From Planctomycetota bacterium (GTDB taxonomy: Bacteria > Planctomycetota > UBA1135 > UBA2386), in contig VGZG01000001.1 in the NCBI GenBank assembly GCA_016872675.1, positions 10,770 through 74,769 on the forward strand: DNA of 64,000 nucleotides. The letters are read 5' to 3'. Positions within the stretch are counted from its first letter, which is position 1. Every line of letters starts with the position of its first letter. Positions 9,307-18,288 of the stretch are shown here, piece after piece. Position numbers and translations under genes: made by a program. The notes beneath the pieces are model-generated. The model was given only the letters and a program-made list of their open reading frames with translations, did no database searches and had not been told where the DNA came from.

Positions 9307-10233
9307 CTAAAGGATGCGCTTGCCGAAAGCGCTGAGGATCACGTCGACCGCGACCTCGCCCGACTGGTTCTTGACGTCGAGGATCGGGTTGAGCTCGGTG
9401 ATCTCGAGGCTGGTCATGCGGCCGGAGTCGCTGACCATCTCCATCAGCAGGTTCGCTTCGCGCCAGCTGATGCCGCCCTTGACCGGCGTGCCGGTGCCCG
9501 GCACGTCGCGTGGATCCATGCCGTCGAGGTCGAACGACACGTGGAAGCCGGCGGTGCCCGCGGCGGCAAAGCCGACGCACTCCTCCATGATCGCGCGCAT
9601 GCCGCGCTCGTCGACGTCGCGCATGGTGTAGGCGTGGATGCCCGACGCGCGGATGTTGCGGCGCTCGCCCTCGTCAACGTCGCGGATGCCGATCAGGCAG
9701 ACGTTGGCGGGATCGACCTTGGGCCAGAAGCCGCCCATCTGCACCAGCAACGGATGGCCCATGCCGAGCGTCGCGGCGAGCGGCATGCCGTGCACGTTGC
9801 CGGTCGGCGAGCTGTCCGGCGTGTTCATGTCGCCGTGCGCGTCGACCCAGATCAAGCCGACCTTCTGGCCCTTCTCGCGGAAGTGCTCGCTGACGCCGGC
9901 GACCGTGCCGATGGCGATGCTGTGGTCGCCGCCGAGCACGACCGGGATCTCGCCCTGGTCGAGCGAGCGGCGAACGCGCAGGCGCAGACGGTTGCAGACG
10001 TGGTAGATCGGCTCGAGGTAGCGCACGCGCTCGTCGCCCGGCGCGCGCGACTCAGGCGCTGGCACGCCGACGTCGCCGTCATCCTCGACGCGGAAGCCGA
10101 GGTCTTGCAGGCCCTGCGTGACGCCGGCGATGCGGATCGCCGACGGGCCCATATCGACGCCGCGGCGGCCGGAGCCGAGGTCCATCGGCACGCCGACGAG
10201 GCGAACGGTCATCGACGGCGAGAGCGGCGTCAT
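9307..10233 (-). CDS. rocF: Arginase (ureohydrolase family)
   Basis: 308-aa ORF with the motifs GGDHSIAIG, VDAHGDMNTP, GNVHGMPLA and SFDLDGMDP (Mn-binding His/Asp set). An alternative start MTVRLVGVPMDLG lies at 10212. Confidence 0.9.
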   Translation of the reverse strand: MTPLSPSMTVRLVGVPMDLGSGRRGVDMGPSAIRIAGVTQGLQDLGFRVEDDGDVGVPAPESRAPGDERVRYLEPIYHVCNRLRLRVRRSLDQGEIPVVLGGDHSIAIGTVAGVSEHFREKGQKVGLIWVDAHGDMNTPDSSPTGNVHGMPLAATLGMGHPLLVQMGGFWPKVDPANVCLIGIRDVDEGERRNIRASGIHAYTMRDVDERGMRAIMEECVGFAAAGTAGFHVSFDLDGMDPRDVPGTGTPVKGGISWREANLLMEMVSDSGRMTSLEITELNPILDVKNQSGEVAVDVILSAFGKRIL

Positions 10234-10473
10234 GGCAGGTGGCGGCGGTTGGCGGACATTCCTGGAGTGGTTTCGTCCGTTCGCAGGGCTCCGGTGTAGG
10301 CCCCGGCGGGCTCCGCGCCAAGCGCGTCATCCGTCCCCTGCCATGGGCGCTTGCGGCCCGACACGACCACGCCGTACCTGCGTCCCGGCGACCATCCGCT
10401 GCCTCGCTGCAGCCAGCGCCGACGCTGGCGCGCTCCTGGTCAGCCTGCCGTGGCTCGGCTCGCTCTGTCGGTC

Positions 10474-10503
10474 GCGCGCGCCGTTGGCGCCGCTGGCGCG
10501 CGC
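10474..10503 (-). terminator. GC hairpin downstream of the phosphomannomutase gene
   Basis: GCGCGCGCC-12 nt-GGCGCGCGC is a 9-bp stem located 20 nt after the stop at 10523. There is no U-tract. Confidence 0.3.
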
Positions 10504-10522
10504 GGCGAGTCCTCCCGACCGC

Positions 10523-11860
10523 CTAGTGGTCGACCGGGTGGCCGAGGATGGCGAACAGCTGGTCGCGCTTCTGCTCCATCAAGGCCTTGGTGTCGGCCTC
10601 GAGGCACAGGCGCAGGAATGGCTCGGTGTTGCTCGGTCGCACGTTCACCCACCAGTCGGGGTACGTCACCGTGATGCCATCGAGCCAGTCGATCATGGCG
10701 CCCTGGAACGTGCGCTCGATCTGCTTCATCAGGCCGTCCTTGTCGGCGACCTTGAAGTTGACCTCGCCGGTGCCGAAGTACTTGCGCAACGGGTCGGCCG
10801 CCTGCTTGAGCGACTTCTTCTCGGCGCTCAGCTGGTTGAGCACCAGCACCGCCGCCAGCACGCCGCAGTCGGTGTAGAAGTTCTCGGCGAAGTAGAAGTG
10901 GCCCGACAGCTCGCCGCCGCCGATGCAGTCGGTCTTGCGCATCGTCTCCTTCATGAAGGAGTGGCCGACGCGCTCGCGCACCGGGCGACCGCCGAGCTTG
11001 ACGATCTCTTCGGGCACGACCTTGCTGCTGCGCAGATCGTAGATGATGCCCTTGCCCGGGTGACGCTGCAGCATGCCGCGCGCCAGCAGCACCGTGATCA
11101 GGTCGGCATGCACCGTCCGCCCCTCCTCGTCGACGAAGGCGCAGCGGTCGGCGTCGCCGTCGAACGACAGGCCGAGCGCCGCCTTGTGCTTCTTCACCGC
11201 CGCGCGCAGGTCGTCGAGGTTCGACTCCTTGAGCGGGTTGGCCTCGTGGTTGGGGAAGGTGCCGTCCAGCGTGTCGTAGAGCGGAATGACCTTCAGCCCA
11301 GGGATCTTGCCGAAGATCTGCGGCGACTCGTTGGCGCCCATGCCGTTGGCGTAGTCGACGCACACGGTCATCGGCGCGATGCCCTTCTGGAAGCCGGCGA
11401 TGTGCTCGATCCAGTCCTTCTTGACGTCGACGAAGTCACGCTTGCCCTTGTTGGCCGCCTGCTGGCAGCCGCCCTGCTTGACCAGCCGCTCGATGTCCTT
11501 GATGCCGGTGTCGGCCGACATCGGCCGCGCTTCCTTCTTGCACAGCTTGAAGCCGATGTACTGCTTGGGATTGTGCGACGCGGTCACGGCGAGGCCGCCG
11601 TCGCACGGAATCTTGCCGATGGCGTAGTAGACCATCGGCGTGCTGGCGAGGCCGATGTCGACCACGTCGCAGCCCATCGACAGCATGCCCTCGATGACGG
11701 CGTCCTGGATCTCGGGCGCCATCGTGCGCATGTCGCGGCCGACGACGAGGCGTTTGGCGGAGAGGAACTGCACCATCGACGCGCCGATCGCGAACGCCGT
11801 CTTGGCGTCGATCTGGTCTGGGTATGTGCCGCGGATGTCGTAGGCCTTGAAGATGCTCAC
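10523..11860 (-). CDS. Phosphomannomutase/phosphoglucomutase
   Basis: Track ORF 10523..12205 trimmed to the GTG giving VSIFKAYDIRGTYP. The active-site loop is TASHNP and the metal loop is SFDGDADR. It also has GGELSGH and a C-terminal VRPSNTEP. Confidence 0.9.
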   Translation of the reverse strand: MSIFKAYDIRGTYPDQIDAKTAFAIGASMVQFLSAKRLVVGRDMRTMAPEIQDAVIEGMLSMGCDVVDIGLASTPMVYYAIGKIPCDGGLAVTASHNPKQYIGFKLCKKEARPMSADTGIKDIERLVKQGGCQQAANKGKRDFVDVKKDWIEHIAGFQKGIAPMTVCVDYANGMGANESPQIFGKIPGLKVIPLYDTLDGTFPNHEANPLKESNLDDLRAAVKKHKAALGLSFDGDADRCAFVDEEGRTVHADLITVLLARGMLQRHPGKGIIYDLRSSKVVPEEIVKLGGRPVRERVGHSFMKETMRKTDCIGGGELSGHFYFAENFYTDCGVLAAVLVLNQLSAEKKSLKQAADPLRKYFGTGEVNFKVADKDGLMKQIERTFQGAMIDWLDGITVTYPDWWVNVRPSNTEPFLRLCLEADTKALMEQKRDQLFAILGHPVDH

Positions 11861-11906
11861 TGGTCGCTCGGATGTGGGACGGTTCGAAGAGCGCGGAAGG
11901 ATACGG

Positions 11907-12938
11907 TCACGCCGGCCGGAAGGCCCGCGCCGCCAACAGGCAGCGGTCGACGGCGGCATCGTCGAGGTCGCGGTGCAACACGAAGCGCAACCGCCGCGGG
12001 CCCGCCTTGGCGGCCAGCACGCCGTAGTCGCGCAGGTGCGCCACCAACGCCTCGGGCGCGCCATGGCGCAGGTTGCACATGACGATGTTGCTCTCGGTGG
12101 CGGCGACATCGACGTCGGCCCATGGCTGCTCCGCCAGTCCCTGCGCCAGCAACCGCGCGCGGGCATGGTCGGCGGCGAGCAACTCAGGCCCTTCGCGCAG
12201 CGCAATCAACCCGGCGGCGGCGAGCACGCCGGCCTGCCGCATGCCACCGCCGAAGGCCTTGCGGGCGCGGCGTGCTGCGGCGACGAACGCAACGCTGCCA
12301 GCGACCAGCGAGCCGACCGGCGCGCCGAGGCCCTTGCTCAGGCACAGCGTCGTGGTGTCGAGCGGCGCCACCAGGTCCGCCGGCGCGCAGCCGAGCGCGA
12401 CCGCGGCGTTGGCCAGCCGCGCGCCATCGCAGTGCACCAGCAGGCCGTGCCGACGCGCCGCCGCCACCATCGCCGCGACGCGCGCAGGCGCCGCGACGCG
12501 GCCGCCGGCCATGTTGTGCGTGTTCTCGACCACCAAGAGCCGGCTCTTCGGAAAGTGCGGGTCGTCGACGCGCACCGCCGCCTCGATCTGCTCCGGCGAC
12601 GGCAGGCCGTCGGCGGCCGTGAGCAGCCGGACCGATGCGCCGGACCACCGGGCGATGCCGCCGGCCTCGTAGTAGTAGACGTGGCTGCGCTCCTCGCAGA
12701 CGACCTCGTCGCCGGGCCGACAGTGCACGTGGATGGCGATCTGGTTGGCCATCGTGCCGGACGGGGTGAACAGCGCCGCCGCCGTGCCGAGCCACGCCGC
12801 GCCTTCCTCCTCCAGCGCACGCACTGTCGGATCCTCGCCCCAGACGTCGTCGCCCACCTCGGCCGCGGCCATCGCTGCGCGCATCGCCGGCGTCGGCCTC
12901 GTCATCGTGTCACTGCGAAAGTCGGCGAGCCCGTGCAT
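11907..12938 (-). CDS. ltaE: Low-specificity L-threonine aldolase
   Basis: Track ORF 11907..13511 trimmed to [39 protein letters not shown], the canonical LtaE N-terminus. The PLP lysine context is [13 protein letters not shown]. Confidence 0.88.
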   Translation of the reverse strand: MHGLADFRSDTMTRPTPAMRAAMAAAEVGDDVWGEDPTVRALEEEGAAWLGTAAALFTPSGTMANQIAIHVHCRPGDEVVCEERSHVYYYEAGGIARWSGASVRLLTAADGLPSPEQIEAAVRVDDPHFPKSRLLVVENTHNMAGGRVAAPARVAAMVAAARRHGLLVHCDGARLANAAVALGCAPADLVAPLDTTTLCLSKGLGAPVGSLVAGSVAFVAAARRARKAFGGGMRQAGVLAAAGLIALREGPELLAADHARARLLAQGLAEQPWADVDVAATESNIVMCNLRHGAPEALVAHLRDYGVLAAKAGPRRLRFVLHRDLDDAAVDRCLLAARAFRPA

Positions 12939-13031
12939 GGCCGAGCGAGGATGCCATCGCGGCCGCCGAATGCAAGGCGAGCGCAGTTGCCCGCCGGCCC
13001 AACTTCTGCGAGCCTGCGCGCTCTGGACGAC

Positions 13032-14279
13032 ATGCGCCGACAACTGCTGCGCCTGCGCGCATTCGCCGCGCTGACGTACCCGTTCGCCTGCGTGCCGTTC
13101 CTGTTCCTGTACTTCCGCGATCACGGCATGTCCGAGGCCCAATACGGCGAGATCGTCGGGGCCTACTACGTCGCGATGTTCATCGCCGAGGTGCCAACCG
13201 GGATACTGGCCGACCGCATCGGACCGAAGACGATGATGGTCGCCGGTCCGCTGCTGCTCGCCGGCGGTTTCCTGTCGCTGCTGGTCTGGCCGGAGTATCC
13301 GGGTTTCGTGCTCGCCGAGGTGCTGCTCGGCTTCGCGCACGCGGTGCTGTCCGGTCCGCCGGTGACGATCCTGTACGAAACGCTCGAACGCGCCGGCCAG
13401 GCGCACCGTTTCCTGCGCGAGGAATCGCTGCTCAGCTCGCTGCGCATGCTTGGCACCGGCGGCGCGTTTCTGATCGGCGGCGCCATCGCCCGCTGGGGCG
13501 CGCCAACGCACGACGCGTGGGCGCCGACAATCGTCGCCACGGCCAGCTTGTGCACGGTCGCCGCCGCGGTCGCCACGACGCTGCGCGGCGGTCCGCCGCG
13601 GGCGCAGCTGCGGTTACCGGTGTTCGTGCGCGGCGTCGTGAACGAGGTGCGGCGGCCGGCGGTGCTGTGGCTGCTGGGTTACTGGGTCGTGCTGTTCGCG
13701 TTGCTGCGTTTCCCCTTCCACGACTACCAGCCGTACCTGCGCGAAGCTGGCGACATCGAGCCGCTGTTCCACGACCCGCTGATCGTCGGGCTGCTGTTCG
13801 CGCTGATGAACCTCGCGGCGGCGCCGTTCGGCGCACTGACGCCGCGGCTGGTCGAGCGCGTCGGCCGCCGGCCGCTGTTCTGGGGCATGCCGCTGTTGCT
13901 GTGCGGCTCGATGGCGGTCATGGCATGGGAACGGACCGTAGACACCGGCGCGGCCGGCGGCGGCTCGCGCGCGCTGGCGTGGCTCGGCGTGGGGATGTTC
14001 TTCCTGCAACAGATCCCGTTCGGCATGCACTGGGCGCTGCTGCAGGAGTTCGTCAACCACCGCATCGGCGGCGCCACGCGCACCACGGTGTTGTCGGCGC
14101 TGTCGCTCGGCGCGCGCGCGGTCTACGCCGTGCTCAACGTGGCGTTGTTCCGCCTACAGGACGGACAGGGACTCGGCGCCGCAATGGCGACGGTCGCCGG
14201 CGTCGGCGCGGTCGCGACGTGCGCGACGATGCTGACTCGACCGAAGGGACTGCTGCGCGGCGCCGGCCCGCTGGCCTGA
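13032..14279 (+). CDS. MFS transporter
   Basis: Track ORF 11847..14279 trimmed to [11 protein letters not shown]. It encodes 415 aa with about 12 hydrophobic segments and an MFS-like loop [10 protein letters not shown]. It is divergent from ltaE across a 93-nt spacer. Confidence 0.8.
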   Translation: MRRQLLRLRAFAALTYPFACVPFLFLYFRDHGMSEAQYGEIVGAYYVAMFIAEVPTGILADRIGPKTMMVAGPLLLAGGFLSLLVWPEYPGFVLAEVLLGFAHAVLSGPPVTILYETLERAGQAHRFLREESLLSSLRMLGTGGAFLIGGAIARWGAPTHDAWAPTIVATASLCTVAAAVATTLRGGPPRAQLRLPVFVRGVVNEVRRPAVLWLLGYWVVLFALLRFPFHDYQPYLREAGDIEPLFHDPLIVGLLFALMNLAAAPFGALTPRLVERVGRRPLFWGMPLLLCGSMAVMAWERTVDTGAAGGGSRALAWLGVGMFFLQQIPFGMHWALLQEFVNHRIGGATRTTVLSALSLGARAVYAVLNVALFRLQDGQGLGAAMATVAGVGAVATCATMLTRPKGLLRGAGPLA

Positions 14280-14298
14280 CGACTGCGCGCGACGCGGC

Positions 14299-15867
14299 TC
14301 AGCGACCGAGGTCGACGAACACGCCGCCGTTCTCCTCGGCCAGCTTCTTGAGGAAGTCCTTGGTGAAGTCGCCGATGGCGATCGTGTGAATCACCATGCG
14401 GAAGGCTTCGTTGTGCTTCCTGACCTCCTTCAGGATCTCGAGCGGCTCGATCAGCTTGCCGACCGACGGCCGACCGTCGCTGAGGAAGTAGACGGTGTCG
14501 AGCGGCGACTTGATGGCGTTCTTGTCGAAGCCAGTGACCACCGGCTTGACCGGCTTGTCCGGGTCGACGCCGAAGGCGTACAGCAACGCCTTGAGGGTGT
14601 TGGTCTTGCCCGCCTCCAGGTTGGCGGCGCCGACCAGCCCCGACATGGCGGTGTTCTGGTCCTCGGTGCCGCCGATCGGCTTCAGCGACTTCACGTGCTG
14701 CTTGGCGGCGTCCCTGTTGACGACGTTCGCCGGCACCAATCGCTTTTTCCACGCGCTGATGTCGGTGGCGAACGACAGGATGTCGAAGTTGGTGTCCGGC
14801 GTCAGCGAGTCGATCGCGCTGAGCAACTCGGCCTGCACGATCGTGAAGCGCCGTCGATCGCGATACCCCTGGAACTTCTCGACCTCGCCGACGAGGTCGT
14901 CCATCGAGCCGGAGACGTCGATGATGAACAGTAGGTTCGTCGACGTCGTCGGAATACTGGCGAACTCCTTGCGCTCCTCCTTCTTGCCATAGAACGCGTC
15001 GGTCTTCTTGCGGCTCTCGGCCTTCTTCGCCAGTTCCTCATCCGTCGGGATACGCCAGCCCTGGATCGTCATCAGCTGGTTCCATTGCTCCTGCCAGCGC
15101 TCAGGATCGACGCCGAAGTCGAAGCCGGTGACCCGGAACAACGCCTCGGCGCACTCGGTGCGCATACGGCCCTCCTTGCGCATCAGGTCGATCAGCGGTT
15201 GCACGGCCTCCTGCGGACGGATCTGCCCGCACGCGGCGACGGCAGCCGCCTGCACCTGCCACTCGGGCGCCGTCAGCAGCGCCGTCGCCGCCTTGCCGTG
15301 CTCGACGCGCTTGAGCGCGCCCACTGCGTCCAGCGCGGCGATCCGCACCTGCGGCTCCTTGTCGGCGAGCAATGCGCCCAGCAACCCCTTGCCGCCGGCA
15401 TCGCCGATGCCGTGCAGCGCCCGTGCGCTCTCGTACTTCAGCACGATCGAAGCCTTCGGATCGAGTCCAACGGCCTCGATCGCCGGCACGGCGTCCTTAA
15501 CCTTGGCGGCGCCCAGCACCTTGACGATCACCGCCTGCTGCTCGGGGTCCTTCGACTTCGGCAAATCGGCGATCCACGTCGCGTAGGTCTTCGGGTCGTT
15601 GTACGTCGCCAGCACTGTCATCGCCGCCTGCTGCACCGCGGCGGCAGGATGCTTGAGCAGCTTGATCAGCTCCTCGGCGGCCGGCGCGCACTCGTTGCCC
15701 TTGAGGTGCGTGAGGATCGCCTCGACCTGCAGCGCCTCGGACTTCTCCTTGCGGAAGAATCGCTGGAACTCCTTCACCGCGTCGAGCTTGGCGGCATCGT
15801 CCTGCGCGCCGAGCGGCGCGACCAACGACAGGGCGACAGAGAGCAACCAGTTGAGGCTTCGACGCAT
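14299..15867 (-). CDS. Secreted HEAT-repeat + von Willebrand factor A (vWA) domain protein
   Basis: Track ORF 14299..15942 trimmed to MRRSLNWLLSVALSLVAPLGAQ (signal peptide). The N-terminal half has HEAT/ARM-like helical repeats (PAAEELIKLLKHP, EPQVRIAALDAVGAL). The C-terminal vWA domain has an intact MIDAS (LLFIIDVSGSM). Confidence 0.8.
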   Translation of the reverse strand: MRRSLNWLLSVALSLVAPLGAQDDAAKLDAVKEFQRFFRKEKSEALQVEAILTHLKGNECAPAAEELIKLLKHPAAAVQQAAMTVLATYNDPKTYATWIADLPKSKDPEQQAVIVKVLGAAKVKDAVPAIEAVGLDPKASIVLKYESARALHGIGDAGGKGLLGALLADKEPQVRIAALDAVGALKRVEHGKAATALLTAPEWQVQAAAVAACGQIRPQEAVQPLIDLMRKEGRMRTECAEALFRVTGFDFGVDPERWQEQWNQLMTIQGWRIPTDEELAKKAESRKKTDAFYGKKEERKEFASIPTTSTNLLFIIDVSGSMDDLVGEVEKFQGYRDRRRFTIVQAELLSAIDSLTPDTNFDILSFATDISAWKKRLVPANVVNRDAAKQHVKSLKPIGGTEDQNTAMSGLVGAANLEAGKTNTLKALLYAFGVDPDKPVKPVVTGFDKNAIKSPLDTVYFLSDGRPSVGKLIEPLEILKEVRKHNEAFRMVIHTIAIGDFTKDFLKKLAEENGGVFVDLGR

Positions 15868-15905
15868 ACGGGGGGTCTCGGCGGGCGATGGACGCGCCGC
15901 GGAGT

Positions 15906-16487
15906 CTATCCGTTCGCCTTCACGCCCGCATGGCGCCACCACGACAGCTTGCTGTCGCGCTCGATCGCGCGGCGGAGCACGTCGACGTCGAGGTCGGCGT
16001 CACGAACTTCCTCAATGGGCACGGCCCCGCCGGCGTGGCGGGGCTTGAGCACGAACGCGAGGTGGTGCTGGTAGGCGACCTCGACGACCCAGTGCAGCCG
16101 GGTCGCGCCCGCCGACAGCAGCAGCGACTTTGCCAGGTTCTCCAGCTGGACCAGCGACTCGGATGACGTCACGCCGAGCTCGACGAACGGCAGTGTGCGC
16201 GCGCCGATGTCGCCGGCGCCGGACGCGCGCACGCAGAGGCCGGGCAGACGCTCGAGCGCGCGGACCAGCGGCCAGACGCCGACGGCGACGCCGCGCTGGC
16301 GCGCCTCGTCGGCGTCGTGCAGCGACTCGACCGCGCGCAGCTCGCCGAAGCGCGCGAAGCACAGTCCGCATTCGTGCACGGGCGCGCCGTCGACGACGCG
16401 CACCTTCATGTCATGGTTGCCGCACTCCGGACAGGTCTGCACGTTGCGGACGATACCGTCAGCGCCCGTCGCAGCCGGCGCAATCAC
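15906..16487 (-). CDS. Hypothetical protein with N-terminal 4-Cys zinc ribbon
   Basis: Track ORF 15906..16562 trimmed to a GTG that overlaps the upstream stop (GTGA at 16484-16487). The ribbon is TCPECGNHDMKVRVVDGAPVHECGLCFARFG. I cannot assign the C-terminal 140 aa to any family. Confidence 0.6.
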   Translation of the reverse strand: MIAPAATGADGIVRNVQTCPECGNHDMKVRVVDGAPVHECGLCFARFGELRAVESLHDADEARQRGVAVGVWPLVRALERLPGLCVRASGAGDIGARTLPFVELGVTSSESLVQLENLAKSLLLSAGATRLHWVVEVAYQHHLAFVLKPRHAGGAVPIEEVRDADLDVDVLRRAIERDSKLSWWRHAGVKANG

Positions 16488-18082
16488 TTGCCGTCGGCCT
16501 TCGGCGACTTTCTCTCGGCCGACTTGGCGCCGACCTCGCGCTCCGCCAGCTTGCGCACCCAATCGTTCTCCTCGGTCGTGGTGCCCAGGCGCACGCCTTC
16601 GCCCTGCGAGCCAGCGACTACCTCGCCCACCACCGAGCGCGGCAGGATCACGCGGTTACTGCGGAACTCGAGCACGACGTGATCGTCGGCGATCTGGCTG
16701 AGGATGCCGCCCACCAGCTTGTTGCTGTTGGTCAGGCGGACGAAGCCGTCGGTCGCCTTCTGCAGCGCCGCGTAGTCGGCCGAGCCGAGGCCGGTCAGGC
16801 GCTTCAGTTCGGCCCTTTCCAGCGTGACCTCGCCCTCCGACGTGCGCAGCGTGACCTGCGCGGCGTCGACCGACTTGACGCTGCCGATGAAGAAGTTGCC
16901 GTTGTGCAGCTGCGCGAAGGCCTTGACGCCCGGGATCACACCGTCGACGACGCGCCGCTCGCCGGCGCTGACATCGGCTTCGCCTAGCATGGTGTCGTCG
17001 CCGACGCGGATCAGCGTGCCGAGCGGCTTGCGCGCGTTGGGCGGCCTCGCGCCAGCGTTGCCGCGAGCGACCGGCCAAGCGACCATGGGCGCCGCCGCGG
17101 ACACGTCCGCGACCGGCGTCGGCTCGGGCTTGGTCGTCGCGCTAGGCGCCGTAGCCAGTGGGACGGGCGTCGCCGGCGCGACCACGGGCTCGTCGACCGC
17201 CGGCGTCGGCTCCGGCGTCGTGGTCGCGACCGTCGCGGGCGACGGCGGCTGTGTCGCCGGCTCGACCGCAACCGGCGCGACCTGCGGCACGACCACGGCG
17301 ACGGCCGCGGGCGGCTGCAGTTCGACCTTGACGTGTGGCCGATCGACCTTTGCGACCGCGATGCGCCGCGTCTTCTGGTCAGGGATGCCAACCCACTGCG
17401 GCCGCAGCGCCGCGACGGCCGCGGCGGCGACGATCGTCAGCGTCGCGGCCGCCGACGCGAGCATGACGCCCCAACGCATGCCCGGCGCGGGATTGGCGAG
17501 AACCGGCGCGATGACGTCGTCCGCCTCGACGGTGGCGATGGGCGCGGCGAAGCCCTCGACCTCGTCGGTCGCAGGTTCGCTCGCGAGTTCCTCCGACTCC
17601 GCCAGTGGCTGGGCCGCTGTGAGGCCCAGGAAGTCATCGGGCGCCAACTCACTGACTTCGACGGCATCGCCCTCGTCGCTCTGCGGCTCGGCCTCGCCGT
17701 TCCACGTCGCGCCTTCATCGAGCGTGAACTCGGCGGGCGCATCGTCGGCGTCGACTGGCGGCGTCAGCGAGGCCGGCGTCGTGCTCGGATCGTCGAGTTC
17801 GAGTTCGTTGCCGTTCCAGCTCGACGGCGCGTCCTCGGCGAATTGCGGCTGGTCGGCGCCAAACGTCACGCTCGGCGCCACCTCGGCGCCGTGGTCAGCG
17901 AACAGCGCTGCCTCGGCGGCTTCGTCCACAAGCGCAGGCGCCGATGCTGCCGGCGCGGCCTCTGGCGGCAGCGCGAACAACTGGTCGAGATCGTCCTGCG
18001 GCACATTGTCCGCCAGACCTTCCACCACGAACACATCGTCGAGGAAGTCAGGATCGTCGTCGTTGCATTGGTCGCCGCCCAT
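16484..18082 (-). CDS. Hypothetical single-pass membrane protein: poly-acidic N-terminus, Pro-rich linker, repeated C-terminal beta-type segments
   Basis: 532-aa ORF with GGAG 5-6 nt upstream of the ATG. Residues 1-200 contain 50 D/E and no K/R (hand count). The TM helix is WGVMLASAAATLTIVAAAAVAAL. A P/A/T/V-rich stretch spans aa 256-335. Two related segments follow (NGNFFIGSVKSVDAAQVTL... / NSNKLVGGILSQIADDHVVL...). Confidence 0.7.
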   Translation of the reverse strand: MGGDQCNDDDPDFLDDVFVVEGLADNVPQDDLDQLFALPPEAAPAASAPALVDEAAEAALFADHGAEVAPSVTFGADQPQFAEDAPSSWNGNELELDDPSTTPASLTPPVDADDAPAEFTLDEGATWNGEAEPQSDEGDAVEVSELAPDDFLGLTAAQPLAESEELASEPATDEVEGFAAPIATVEADDVIAPVLANPAPGMRWGVMLASAAATLTIVAAAAVAALRPQWVGIPDQKTRRIAVAKVDRPHVKVELQPPAAVAVVVPQVAPVAVEPATQPPSPATVATTTPEPTPAVDEPVVAPATPVPLATAPSATTKPEPTPVADVSAAAPMVAWPVARGNAGARPPNARKPLGTLIRVGDDTMLGEADVSAGERRVVDGVIPGVKAFAQLHNGNFFIGSVKSVDAAQVTLRTSEGEVTLERAELKRLTGLGSADYAALQKATDGFVRLTNSNKLVGGILSQIADDHVVLEFRSNRVILPRSVVGEVVAGSQGEGVRLGTTTEENDWVRKLAEREVGAKSAERKSPKADGK

Positions 18083-18288
18083 GGCATCTCCGGTTCCGAT
18101 CGTGGGTTACCGGGATATCGGCAGGACCAACCACCGCCATGAGGTGGACCCGAGCGCTGCCAGCGCCCGCGCGCAACCGCCGATGCCGCCGGCTGCACCG
18201 CCGAAGCCGGCCGCTGGCTCAGAGCGAGAGAAACCAGCGGTCGCTGCGGGCAATCGGAGTGCCCGTAGGGTGACTGCTTCTCCGACTG

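Noticed and set aside
18083-18288. A possible tRNA-Sec (selC) or other tRNA in the 206-nt spacer downstream of selB.
   Set aside because: I found no T-loop-like GGTTCGAnTCC (or its complement) and no acceptor/anticodon-arm arrangement by eye, here or elsewhere in the window. This was a visual scan only, not a covariance-model search.
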